Below are positions 51,593-63,899 of a stretch of 64,000 nucleotides of DNA, one piece after another (positions within the stretch are counted from its first letter, which is position 1; each line of letters opens with the position of its first letter). Under the pieces are notes generated by a model. That model was not told where the DNA came from. It did no database searches and was given only the letters and a program-made list of their open reading frames with translations. A program made the position numbers and the translations under genes. Source of the stretch: Octopus sinensis (lineage: Eukaryota); the NCBI RefSeq assembly GCF_006345805.1, contig NC_043003.1, positions 31,806,001-31,870,000 of the forward strand, read 5' to 3'.

Positions 51593-51769
51593 TTTAAATG
51601 AGGGTGAAAATTGGATATTAATTTGATTAACATCAATTTAAAACCTGTGGTCTTGCATATTAAAATCTGAAGATTTAAAATACTGTCAAAGAAAGGCCCC
51701 TTTCATTCATGAATGACCATGGGACTGCACCTAGAAAGTGCCCCTTCGAGGCACATGTCTGGGTAGTTT

Positions 51770-51960
51770 GTTTTCATAGAAAAACAGCAGCCGCCCATGC
51801 ATACTATTCTCTCCTCTCTACACCAACGATGTTTACCAGGGAAAGTTGTCATCAATGACGTTGCAACTGATTTCTTCAACGGAATGAAATGGAGGAACGT
51901 AAAATAAAGTATTTTGCTCAAGAACACAATACGCAACCAGGTCCATGATTGGAACACACT
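51770..51960 (-). mobile_element. Decayed SINE fragment
   Basis: attttgctcaagaacacaatacgcaacc is the reverse complement of a gtgttcttgagcaa central motif resembling that at 25365-25390. Confidence 0.5.
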
Positions 51961-52970
51961 AACTCATGCAATGTTCTCATTAATCGATTAAATGGAGACG
52001 CTCGAAACGGCCGTAATGTTTTGATAATTGAACCTCCTTGTTATTTATTTACATTCTGTTCACCTAACTCAGAGCTGTGCGGAAAATACCGAACTGGCTT
52101 GGTGCCTCAATTTCAGTACGTAATTCAACTGAATGCTTGTGAGCCCGACGTTCTAAGCACTGAACTATGCGCCTTCTCGCGCACACACAGCACACATACA
52201 TTCACACACACACACATTCACACACGCACACGCACATATATACATATATATTAGTATATATGTGTACTAACGTGGCTATGTCGGCATTATATGTTCGTGA
52301 AAAAGTAAATTCTCCGTCAGCCAGTAAGTGGAAAACGTGTTAGATTAATAGTCAGATGAGTCAGATATTGAAATCATATATTTTCTTTTTTGTTGCATCT
52401 TGAATAGAAACTATAATTGTAGCACCATTGTTTGAACTATCTTTTAGTGATGCCTATAAAGCATTTATGCAATTGTGATGTTTGCTTCCATGGATGTAAG
52501 CTGAAATTTGTGATCCAATGTAACGTATTGCACAAGCTTATAAATTTTCCATGTCTTATATACCTGCAAGAACGATGTTACATTACAATAAAATCTCTTA
52601 ATAAAATAATGCAGCTACAAAATATGATCAATCTGTCTGGTTGTATTATAATATTTCGCCATGCATAATGTTCCATTCAATTCTGGATACGATTGTTTTT
52701 TGCGGATTATTAAACACCAATTAACTTCCCGTCATTGATTCCACCTTCGTAAAAGATATAGATTGTTTATCTAGTCATTTACGTCATACTGTCTACCCAG
52801 CAAGTGTTGCGCACTTCCTTTTGATATATCTCGATGCTTTAAATTAAACGGATCCCATTGAATCACTACACACACACACACACACACACGCACACACATA
52901 TGTATACAAATATGTGTGTGTGCGTGTACATATATGTATATATATATCTATATCTATCTATCTATCTATC

Positions 52971-53008
<38 letters not shown>

Positions 53009-53057
53009 ATTATATATATATATATAATAATATATATATACATATATAAAACTCAAC

Positions 53058-53169
53058 TTGTGTGTCTGTGTGTGTATCTGTGTGTGTGTCTGTGTGTGTA
53101 TATGTGTGTGTGTCTGTGTGTGTATCTGTGTGTGTGTCTGTGTGTGTATCTGTGTGTGTGTCTGTGTGT
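53058..53169. repeat. Higher-order (TG)-based minisatellite, ~22-24-bp unit
   Basis: About five copies of tgtgtgtgtctgtgtgtgtatc. Confidence 0.85.
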
Positions 53170-53945
53170 TTAACTTCCCGGCACATCTCCTCCTAGCCAC
53201 CAAATCGTAGAAGCACCAAAAATGGGTCACTTAAATTTTAGGCGGATGAAAATTGAACTGCGCTATTTCTGTTCCGAAATTCATCTCGCAAGTGCAAAAA
53301 TCGATAATGTGTATGTTTAGGCCTTATCCCATGCATTGAATAGTGAACTTTACTCAGTCAGCTGTTTGACGTGAACTGTGTTCACCACGCGTGCAAGCAT
53401 GCATATATTGCATGAAAAAAAAAATCAAGGTATAAAAACCAATCGCCGTAAACATTGTAGAAATTCGGCAAAGAAATGAATTTTCGGGATGTAGCCTGGA
53501 GTTTTTTTTTCGTATTAATCGTTTGGACTTTGTGAATACATACCAATTGTTTTCATAACATTTTAAACGCTTTGAATTAAATGCGACCATTTTGCGTTGA
53601 GTCTGCAGTTTAAATCACTTTAACCAAATTTTAGCAGGCCGGATTTTTGATCATCATGATACATCACCAGCGACTCCCTGAAACTCTCCCCTGAAATCCT
53701 CGTTGAGAAATTCTGATCTAAAAGAATAATTCAACAATGCAATTATTTGATCAACAAAAATTTATGAAACGCTTCTACGTACTTCCTATTGAGGAAATGG
53801 AACACATAAGCGCAAAAATAGAGGGCATTAAATGCTTGATTTTAAAACCAAAATAATTAAATTTTGATTGAACTTCATCCAAGTTTAGCTTAATTCGCGC
53901 GTGCATAGAACGCACGAGCGCACGAGCCGGGCAATACTGCCAGTA
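53170..53945 (+). mobile_element. Possible non-autonomous Helitron-like element (3' end recognised only)
   Basis: GC-rich hairpin gcgcgtgc-atagaac-gcacgagcgc, then ..ccgggcaatactgCCAGT directly before (TA)n, resembling a Helitron hairpin + CTAG terminus with one mismatch. The left boundary is a guess. Confidence 0.35.
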
Positions 53946-54543
53946 TATATATAATTAACAATATGCTTAAGAAAGGCCTTATGAGCTTTCTCATATATAT
54001 TAACGTATCCCATTATTTGGTTTTAAGTTTAATTTCTATCCTTATCCTATATATTGATTCAAATTTTTTTCTAAATTTAATGTAATGAAATTCCTTCCTT
54101 CTTCTAGTTATCACCTTTTCCTCATCAGTCAGTCTCTTACTAGAAGCCCTGAGATATATCGTTTTATGTAAATAAAGCTAAATATATGGTTCCAGTAAAA
54201 TAAGTGTCTGGAAGATTGTCTAACATTATTTGATTTATCACCATCAACTAGAACACAGTTGACAATTCCCCATGGATGCAATTCCAAATGATTGTAGACT
54301 ACTGCTGCAAAAAAACATTCTAAATGTAAATAACTACCTCACCAATCTTACATCGTTAACCCCATTATTGTTCTCTTCTACTCTCTAAATTATAGTAGGC
54401 TTAATAAGATATACATTATTTTCTAAATTCATTCTCCCACAAATATAACATGAGGAAACAAGGTAATTATTTTGGTTTCAAGCATTAATAGGAATTTGTT
54501 TAAAATGGTTTATCCTCTATGTTGGAAATCCATACGGGCATCT

Positions 54544-54605
54544 ACGTCTGAGGGGAGCGGTTTCATTGATCGATTAAATGGAGCGGCTCGAAACGGCCGT
54601 AATGT
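54544..54605 (+). ncRNA. Type I hammerhead-like motif with one core change; truncated homologues near 51340-51360 and 51975-52015
   Basis: ACGT-CTGAGGG-GAGC...GCTC-GAAAC ggcc GTA-ATGT. Stem III is the palindrome ACGGCCGT and A9 is replaced by G. 54565-54720 is homologous to 51978-52137. Confidence 0.55.
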
Positions 54606-54875
54606 TTTGATACCTGGACATCCTTGGTATTTATTTACGTTCCATCGTCCTAACTCAGAGGTGTGCTGAAAATAACGAACTGGCATGGTGCCTGAATTTA
54701 AGTACCTAATTCAACTGAATCTTTTATGTATATATATATATATTTATTATCTACCTACCTACACACCCACCCACGCACCCAAGTACGTACCTACTCACAT
54801 ACCTACCTACCGACTTACCTACCTACATACCTACACATATATATACATATATATATATGCATATATATACATATG

Positions 54876-54961
<86 letters not shown>

Positions 54962-55539
54962 TAAATGGAGGCACATTATATGTACAATATGCATAAAAAA
55001 TATTTCTAAACAGTCCATGTATTAATTTGGAGATCAGGAACTTTGATTATGTCAGATTCAGCCACACACTATGTGTCTGCGAATAAAATGAACATAGAGG
55101 ATAAATCTCAAATACTGCATATGAATAATACTAGGTCTTCTTCCGTCGCTTCGCTGCTATTAAAAGTATTTGTTAATCATACACTTACATTCATAAGTTG
55201 TTGAAATAATCTTTAGTTTGACTTTCTCGATGGAGATTAATATCAGGTTGAAGCACATTTATTTAAATAACACAGTTTGAAATACATTTATTTAAATAAG
55301 AAACACATTTATTTAAATACTGTTTTCATATTCTACAGTATAAATATATGCTTTGAAAGATATCTTATAAGATAACTTCATGATAAAAACATTCCATGTC
55401 AAAATTCTTTTCCTATCTTCTATCCATCCCTCTATCATATATATAATTTCTCCTTTGGTTAATAGTAGAGTTTATTGGTGCGAGAATCTATTGTATTTAC
55501 ACAAAAAGTTTGTCATTCCTGCAGTGTCTAAAACCTGAT

Positions 55540-56475
55540 AGCTTACATCGAACAAGAATATATCTAATCTCTCCTTTTATATGTAATGATGCAGTTTACT
55601 ACTATCACAAAAACCTAGCTAACAGTGGCTTCAAAGCTATGATTTATTACAACTCTTAAGGTCTAAATATGAAATCTAAAATTAGACATTGAAATAGACC
55701 CAGAAAAATAATTTGCCCCGCCTTTCTCCTTAAATGTCAAAATGGGCACAGGCAAGACCTTCCCGACTCTTTTAAATAAGCATTTCTCTGTAAACTATTA
55801 ATATGGGAATATTTTTAACAGACGCTCGATGAAAATGTCATACAGTTGCTGCCCCCAAAAGAAGATCATTTTCCCTTGTAAGTATCACCAAAAGCCCACC
55901 CTTAATTTACATGTCGAGACCCTGAAAGTTGCTCACTCGACCAGGTGTGTATAATAAGTTCTCTGGTCCGTAAGGCAGAAGTTACATCGATGTTTCAAGA
56001 TAACCTAAGCGAATAGAAATATTGCAGTGGGTTATATGAAGGCAAGTTCATAAGACGTTATGCAAACCATGTCTTCTTTCCTGCACATCAACAAAAGTAA
56101 AGCCCTTAAGTTTTGCCAGATACATACTGGGTTTCAAGACCAACTGCACCCCATTTACAATCAAGCGAGAATCGTCGAGAAATCCATTTCAAATCAACAG
56201 TTCTGACAAATGCAATTTATGCACAGATGACATCGCATATTTAAGACCCATTTCTAAATTTCAAATCTGAAATTTTCAGGAAATTTAAGCATATGGGCAA
56301 ATTTGTTTTGGCGAACTGGCGGATCAACCCTCTCTAGATTGAGCAGCTCTCGCGCAGACTTTAGGTCCTTGCCATTGAATTATTCTATAGCATGTTGTTT
56401 AATTAAGACTTCAACGGTCAAAGGAAAAGTAATTCCAATTGCCGTTCTGTTTCTTTTTCTGTTTTATTCATCCTT
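55540..56475 (+). mobile_element. Decayed PLE 3' portion (thumb, GIY-YIG, start of 3' UTR)
   Basis: PPFSLNVK..GKTF..LLNKHF..IFNRRSMKMSYSC (55725-55850); GLYEGKFIRRYANH; FTIKRES..KCNLCTDD. Confidence 0.75.
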
Positions 56476-56861
56476 CCACTCTTTGCATCACCCTTCTCGT
56501 GTCTCTGGTGTTTTCCCCAGTACCAGTGTGGTGCTACGTGTTCAAAAATTTTCTAGGTGCACTCCCATGGCTATTCCTGACTGAAGTGGGCATTTTCGCT
56601 TTTACTCAGAATTGAATGCTTGAGAGTAAACTTATAGCTTCCACGGAGCTGGTAAAATGAAGCGAAAGTATATTTCAGAAAGCATTTACATACATGGAAA
56701 GGCCATTGTAGGAAACCCAAAAAATCATGAGAAAGAGAGTATATTTCTTATGAGTAGATTTCGATAGTTCTGTTATATATACATGCATTTAAACAGAGGT
56801 ATTATGAGCCCTTTTGTATATATATATATATATTATATATAATATATATATATATAATATA

Positions 56862-56955
<94 letters not shown>

Positions 56956-57160
56956 AAATAGAAAGATGAATAATCTTGTAGTAGATTAATCAACAGTTTA
57001 ACCGATACCTTAGTAGCAAAAATCACAGCAGTAAACAGCACGGTTGGAGGTACAACCATCTGGCGTTGCAACCGTGCGTTGGTGCGGATAATTGAAATTA
57101 AAACATTATTGGTGAATTGAAGAAATGGAGCTGAACGCAGATTGAACAGAAATCGTTTTA

Positions 57161-57249
57161 TTTCATTCTACACGTGTTTCGAAAGGCACAAATTACCAAA
57201 ATCCGATTGAATAATGGGACCATATTGTGTCTTTCTCTTCAGGAAGAAA
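57161..57249 (-). ncRNA. Type I hammerhead ribozyme motif in the 3' pseudo-LTR
   Basis: Reverse complement: TTTCTTC-CTGAAGA-GAAAG...CTTTC-GAAAC acgt GTA-GAATGAAA. Canonical core, 5-bp stem II base, stem III palindrome ACACGTGT. Predicted cleavage between 57169 and 57168. Confidence 0.85.
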
Positions 57250-57860
57250 AAAGGAAATCCGTTGGAAACACAAAAACAGAACAGAGGCGGAGCAAAAAAC
57301 AAATCGAACTGTGCTCCTAAGAGCCCATGGCGAAACTGTTTATCAGTGTATGTTGAGAACCGGTGGCTGAAGAATTCAACGGGTCAGGCATCGGTCAATC
57401 ATGTGGGTGAGGGTGTATAGATGTTCTTTGTGACCGAGAATAAAGTTCTGACTATTTAAAGAATATTGGATGTTTTATAAGTGGCGAGAAAAAATCTACT
57501 TAGAGACGTGTGTGTGTGTATACTGTTCTATATATGTTGGCGTAGGGGTAGAAAACATTTTTTGTGTACGTGTGTGCGTTTGATCGTTCGGCTGTCAGTG
57601 GCTACTGCTGTGATAACCGTTGGGTGGCAGAAAGAAAAAAAATATTAAAAAATTATATATATATATATTATGTTATATGTGTGTGTGTGTTCATCTAAGC
57701 CTACCTTGTCAAGGGAACCCCCCGCTGTGAAAAAACCAAGCCCCGTTTGTCTTACAGGAGTAATTCCCCTTGTAGTGGTCAATCGTAGATATCTTAAAGG
57801 CTATTTCAGAATTTGTTACCAAGGGCTATGGGTGCCGGTATTATTTATAAACGCTATTTA

Positions 57861-60542
57861 AAGGCCAGATAAGTGTAACGCCGCCAATGGGGGCATCGAA
57901 AAGCCGACTGTAAGAGCCCGTTTACCATCCGGCCTCTGGCAAACAAAATATGGAAGAGTTCGGAGACACAAAGGTTGCACTGTCTTCTGCCCCATCAAAT
58001 GGGAGGGCCACCGACAAAATTGACCATTCCAGCCTATAGCTTAAGTTCGCATCTCTTCAGTCGCCATATTAGCTTACTGAGTCCCGTGTCTGGCGCTTGT
58101 TCACGTCCCGAAAAGTTGCGTAATGGTTGGAGACACGCAAAGACAATCTTGAGGATGATGCCCCTACATAAGTGAAGGCATCTGAGTCCGTGTAAACCTT
58201 GCATTGGTATAGACGGCGTTTTTGATCTTGGAGTTCGCCGACGTGAATCTTAATCTGCTAGGATTGGTTTCTGAAATTAGAACTGCGTTCCTGACACTAT
58301 ATTCGTTCCGAGACCTGCAGCCGCTTACTACTCTATTTTCCACTACGTCACTATTAACTATAGGAATAACCCCTGATTCTCCACTATCTATCAGAGTGCT
58401 GTCATTGCTACTGCCCGTGGTACTGCTATTGCGGGAAATGATGCTGGGGATGCTAATGGGGCTCTCTACCCTACTCCCATTGTTACCGTCAACCACAACA
58501 CCCCTATTTATACTATAACCCCGGTGGGTACTCCCTGGCTGGAGCTGAGATTATGTGTCACTGTACTGGCTCTCATATCATTATTACTACTATAATTATT
58601 CCTACTGAGCATTAAACCGGAGCGGAAGAGGCTGTGCCTCCGGAAAAAGGTGATAGGGTCTTAGTAAGTAGCCTATTATTATGGGAGGCGATTATCTGGG
58701 CGAGGTTTTTAGTGTGGGAGAAAGCTATCCTAACTTTATGTGAGTTAACCGTGGAGTAATATTTGGAATTTCTGGGGAAGTTATTGGCGATGGCTTGTCT
58801 AAACATGAGGGGAGGTTAGTTCTAATCTGCTTACCAAAGGGGATTACAAACCATATATGCTTATTCCTATCAGTGTGATGGGTCGGGACGCCAGCTCTCG
58901 CATTCGGGTGGGTGATTCTCGGATGAATAACGGGTCTTGGGTTAGTGTAAGACCTCCCGGACCGATAATTATCCTTGTTCGCTAAATTAAATGCGGGAGC
59001 GACTACCCCGGCATCCGCCGCGCTCCCGTCCTTACTTAAAATGTTAATGTTATTATATACGGCCCTATCCTGATGACCGAATGATGGCATCGGAAGGGCC
59101 GGATCAATATAAATTACCTTCTGCCTATAACCGGCCTGGATAGTGCGGCGTTATAAAATTCCGCTTTCTGCATAAAAATATCGGCACTGGCGACAAGCCA
59201 AGACAATCTTAGATAGATGTTTTTAACCAAATTGTCTGTTACGGTTTTGGCATGATTTGAGAAGACACTGACATACTTCAAATTAGTGGAAGGCTTATGG
59301 TAAGGGCAGTATGAGTCGCTATTAAGGTTAAGTGTAACGTCTAGGAAATTAGCCTTGGTGAGTTCATTATCAAAAACTATACTCATGCCCATTCTATTAA
59401 AAAACCTAGCTAACCTGCTCTTAGTTTTCTGCACTATTCTGTTCGTGTGTTTTGCAGGTAAAACAGACAATCGTCACGATACAGGCCGCCCGCGATCTCC
59501 GGGAATTGATCGGACAATTCGTAGAGAATATATATCCGACCAAATCGGCTATCTGCGCACTATCCGAACTACCCATAGGCACATCAAATTCATTGGGAGT
59601 ATCTTTACGGATCCACAACTTATTATCAAACTTAATAAACGATTTCCTGGCAACTAAAATGATATCTATCTCTTCTCTGTGAGGCCAGCCTTGTTGTGAG
59701 CATGCCAGAGGGCCTTATTTAGCACACTAGGGTTAATCGAGGGGTAGAAGCTGGCGATATCAAACCGAATGAACCTAGTACGGTTCTTATTGGGGATGGA
59801 AGAGAACCACTTCACTACCTGCGAGGAGTTGGCCCAGAGGCTGAGCTTCAGCTTGTTTACTAAACTAGGGATATATTTATCTAAAATGTACTTACTGATT
59901 ATCCCGATATCAGATCTAGCAGGGCATATGAGTCTTAGCGCTGGGTTGGTGTGGAAGTTAGGTTTATGGTCCTTCACTATAAATCTGGGTTCTTGGGGCT
60001 AAGCGGCTGAGTTCTCATTTGAATTCGGTGTTTAAATATTATATCCTTAATTCCAAGTTTACCTTCCTCAGGGTACTCCAATTGGTTTTTCTATAATTTT
60101 TCTTGATCTCTTTACCGAGTAAATCTAGGTACTGCTTAATGGGCATCTTGTATGTGTTCCTGGTCTTGTCGGACTGGACCAGGACTCCGTCCGTTCTATT
60201 AATGTCCTTGGTAATTTTATCTAGGTATCTGAGGTGGGCATTTCTCCTGGGTGACTTCCTGAACTTAATCTTTCTAACTATGTCCCACAAGTCGTCCTCA
60301 AACTTCTTCAGTCTTGGGTTCGGTGGCGGCGTATCCAATGTTTTAAAAAGCCGGCCGTATTCGGACGATGCTGTTGTCCGGTTCGATTTTAGATCTTCGT
60401 TCTCGTGGAAGAAAATGAGCCATCTTATCCGGTTTATGAATGCGTTGGTTTTACAAACCAACTCCTTAAGGAAGGCATCCTTTGGTGGTATAGGAATATC
60501 CTTAAGGGACGCATCAATCTCGAACAACTCCATTATTGGCAT
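57861..60542 (-). pseudogene. PLE reverse transcriptase + C-terminal GIY-YIG endonuclease ORF, broken by multiple small frameshifts as assembled
   Basis: SLKDIPIP..FINRIRW; QSDKTRNTY; VKDHKPNF..LRLICPARSDIG; FIRFDIASFYPSI; FDVPMGSSDSAQIADLVG; GLYRDDCL; FLDVTLNL..PYHKP..YVSVFSNH; HIWFVIPFGKQIRTNL; AVYQCKV..TYVG..R..NH; GLSKLIW; CNLC..E; CPH. The stop codon overlaps the start of the 3' pseudo-LTR. Confidence 0.92.
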
Positions 60543-60791
60543 CGGTTAAAGTAGCAGTTTCTTGACGAAGCGGTATGTATTATGTGAAATAGAAAGATGA
60601 ATAATCTTGTAGTAGATTAATCAACAGTTTAACCGATACCTTAGTAGCAAAAATCACAGCAGTAAACAGCACGGTTGGAGGTACAACCATCTGGCGTTGC
60701 AACCGTGCGTTGGTGCGGATAATTGAAATTAAAACATTATTGGTGAATTGAAGAAATGGAGCTGAACGCAGATTGAACAGAAATCGTTTTA

Positions 60792-60880
60792 TTTCATTCT
60801 ACACGTGTTTCGAAAGGCACAAATTACCAAAATCCGATTGAATAATGGGACCATATTGTGTCTTTCTCTTCAGGAAGAAA
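60792..60880 (-). ncRNA. Type I hammerhead ribozyme motif in the 5' pseudo-LTR
   Basis: Same sequence as the 57161-57249 copy; core at 60867-60873. Confidence 0.85.
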
Positions 60881-61633
60881 AAAGGAAATCCGTTGGAAAC
60901 ACAAAAACAGAACAGAGGCGGAGCAAAAACAAATCGAACTGTGCTCCTAAAGCCCATGGCGAAACTGTTTATCAGTGTATGTTGAGAACCGGTGGCTGAA
61001 GAATTCAACGGGTCAGGCATCGGTCAATCATGTGGGTGAGGGTGTATAGATGTTCTTTGTGACCGAGAATAAAGTTCTGACTATTTAAAGAATATTGGAT
61101 GTTTTATAAGTGGCGAGAAAAAATCTACTTAGAGACGTGTGTGTGTGTATACTGTTCTATATATGTGTGTGTTGGCGTAGGGGTAGAAAACATTTTTTGT
61201 GTACGTGTGTGCGTTTGATCGTTCGGCTGTCAGTGGCTACTGCTGTGATAACCGTTGGGTGGCAGAAAGAAAAAAATAAAAAAATTATATATATATATTA
61301 TGTTATATGTGTGTGTGTGTTCATCTAAGCCTACCTTGTCAAGGAAACCCCCCGCTGTGAAAAAACCAAGCCCCGTTTGTCTTACAGGAGTAATTCCCCT
61401 TGCAGTGGTCAATCGTAGATATCTTAAAGGCTATTTCAGAATTTGTTACCAAGGGCTATGGGTGCCGGTATTATTTATAAACGCTATTTAAACGGCCTGA
61501 CCCGTTGAATTCTTCAGCCACCGGTTCTCAACATACACTGATAAACAGTTTCGCTATGGGCTCTTAGGAGCACAGTTCGATTTGTTTTTTGCTCCGCCTC
61601 TGTTCTGTTTTTGTTTTTCCAACGGATTTCCTT

Positions 61634-61723
61634 TTTTCTTCCTGAAGAGAAAGACACAATATGGTCCCATTATTCAATCGGATTTTGGTAATTTGTGCCT
61701 TTCGAAACACGTGTAGAATGAAA
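61634..61723 (+). ncRNA. Type I hammerhead ribozyme motif in the inverted partial pseudo-LTR
   Basis: CTGAAGA at 61642-61648 and GAAACACGTGTA at 61704-61715. Predicted cleavage after A61715. Confidence 0.85.
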
Positions 61724-61776
61724 TAAAACGATTTCTGTTCAATCTGCGTTCAGCTCCATTTCTTCAATTCACCAAT

Positions 61777-61816
<40 letters not shown>

Positions 61817-62564
61817 GTTTGTATGTTTGTATATATAATTGTTTGTATGTGTGCGCGTTTATGAGTGTATACATAATATTTTGGTTTCCGAAATCTGGGA
61901 TGGTTCTGTCTTGAGTTGAATAACATTGTTTACACTAAATAAACTCAGACCACATAGTTAAGAAATCATAAACATGTTTTCCCCTTCGCGAAAACATTGG
62001 ATTATAATTGTTTAGCAAATCATTTAAAGATTTCAATACGCAGAGAATAAAAAAACAATATGTGGTATTATGGTTTCTATTTCAAACATTATATTTGTTC
62101 AACAAAACAAAGGACAGATATACTCACATATAGAAACAAACATTCTTATTCTCATACGCGTACACATAGATTCAGGAAAGTTCAAATAGTATATGCTATT
62201 AATTGACAAATATGGCTGTATTATTATGTACAGTTTTCCAAGGAAATATACGATTCAGCCGGCATATTTATTTATCTATTTACTTTCAAATAGGTATAAA
62301 GCCTTTAGTGGACAATGTTTATTCACCATTGAAATAACATCTATTATTTGTAGGTGTTTGTCTAATGCAGAAATATCTCATTCTTTCGAATTCAGAATTA
62401 ATAAACACGTAAATATATTAATACAATGACCACATAAAACATACAACTTATCGTCTGGTAATATTTATAACGTGATGAAATTGTAGAGTTGTTAGTGTGT
62501 CGAGCAAAATACTTTGTAAGTTAAGCATGTTATTAATTTTTTTAAGGTAGAATGAAATAAAGTA

Positions 62565-62830
62565 TCAGTCAAGTACTGAGATACATTGAATCCGCTGACA
62601 AATGAGAGCCAGTGGATTAAATGGGCTGCGGATCTTGAACAAATCATCTATGTGCTGACTTCCCTTTAAGAGGGATAGAGTGTAAATCCCAACCACTATG
62701 CTATTTGCGTATGGATAAGCAAACATTGATGTACCGCGCAATTTGTGAGCAAAATACTCAATTCTTCCTATGATTTGGGTTTGTCGCATTCCAGAGGAAA
62801 GGTACTCGTTGTGTAACATACACGGTCAGC
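62565..62830 (-). mobile_element. Decayed PLE RT core remnant of a different family
   Basis: QIIGR..GTSMFAYPYANSIV..QHIDDLF resembles the Q..G.AMGT.MAP.YANLF and RYIDD motifs. Confidence 0.45.
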
Positions 62831-63395
62831 AATGTGCTGGAAAGAGTATTCCTGTGATGGCAAAGGTGGTAAATCTTTGATCACGTATCAGCTGTTTCAT
62901 GATAACGTGGATCTAACGAGAGCACAAGATGTTAACCATCGTATATTTTTATGTTAATATTCTTGATTTTAGTTCCAGTATTCTACAAAACACCCTTCCA
63001 GTCTGTTGTACTCATTCAGTAGTGAAATTACAAAATAGCTGTTGTTGCTGTTGATTTCATAGATTGTTAGAGCGTGAAATAATTAAAATGCAGTATAATG
63101 TCGACCAATTAAAATATTTGCATTAAAAATATATATACAATTTCAAGATTAAGAAATATTTATAATGCTAATAAACGAATATATTCACAAAATGAAAATA
63201 TGCAAGAGGTGTTCATAGGTAATGTGTAAATATACAAATACGTGTGTTATTGAGTTATTATATACTCTCACATACACATGTATACAAACACGCAGACAAA
63301 CACATGCACACACACGGACGAAAAAAAAACGCGCGCAACACATGGACGCATGCTCACATACACGCGCATATACAGAATACTCACAAACACAAGCG

Positions 63396-63448
<53 letters not shown>

Positions 63449-63480
63449 TAAGTATATTCAATTAGAATGTTATATACTGA

Positions 63481-63899
63481 ATGCAAACCATGTCTTCTTT
63501 CCTGCACATCAACAAAAGTAAAGCCCTTAAGTTTTGCCAGACACGTACTGGGTTTCAAGACCAACTGCACCCCATTTACAATCAAGCGAGAATCGTTGAG
63601 AAATCCATTCCAAATAAACAGTTCTGACAAATGCAATTTATGCACAGATGATGACATCGCACTTTTAAGACCCACTTCTAAATTTCAAATCTGAAATTTT
63701 CAGGAAATTTAAGCATATGGGCAAATTTGTTTTGGCGAACTGGCGGATCAACCCTCTCTAGATTGCGCAGCTCTCGCGCAGACTTTAGGCCCTTGCCATT
63801 GAATTATGCTATAGCATGTTGTTTAATTAAGATTTCAACGGTCAAAGGAAAAGTAATTCCAATTGTCGTTCTGTTTCTTTTTCTGTTTTATTCATCCTT
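63481..63899 (+). mobile_element. PLE endonuclease C-terminus and 3' UTR fragment, paralogous to 56060-56475
   Basis: ~420 bp in the same orientation with scattered substitutions; encodes FTIKRES..KCNLCTDD. Confidence 0.88.

Larger units (their letters stand above)
56951..61785 (-). mobile_element. Young, apparently full-length Penelope-like retroelement with tandem and inverted pseudo-LTRs, inserted in (TA)n
   Basis: Direct repeats 56951-57862 and 60582-61492 differ at only a handful of positions. 61495-61785 is an inverted copy of 60730-61018. The ORF lies between the direct repeats, and (TA)n flanks both sides. Confidence 0.95.

Noticed and set aside
58222-58518. Plus-strand ORFs overlapping the PLE (also 59355, 59769, 60103) as separate genes
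   Set aside because: They are antisense shadows of the PLE ORF with no independent motifs.
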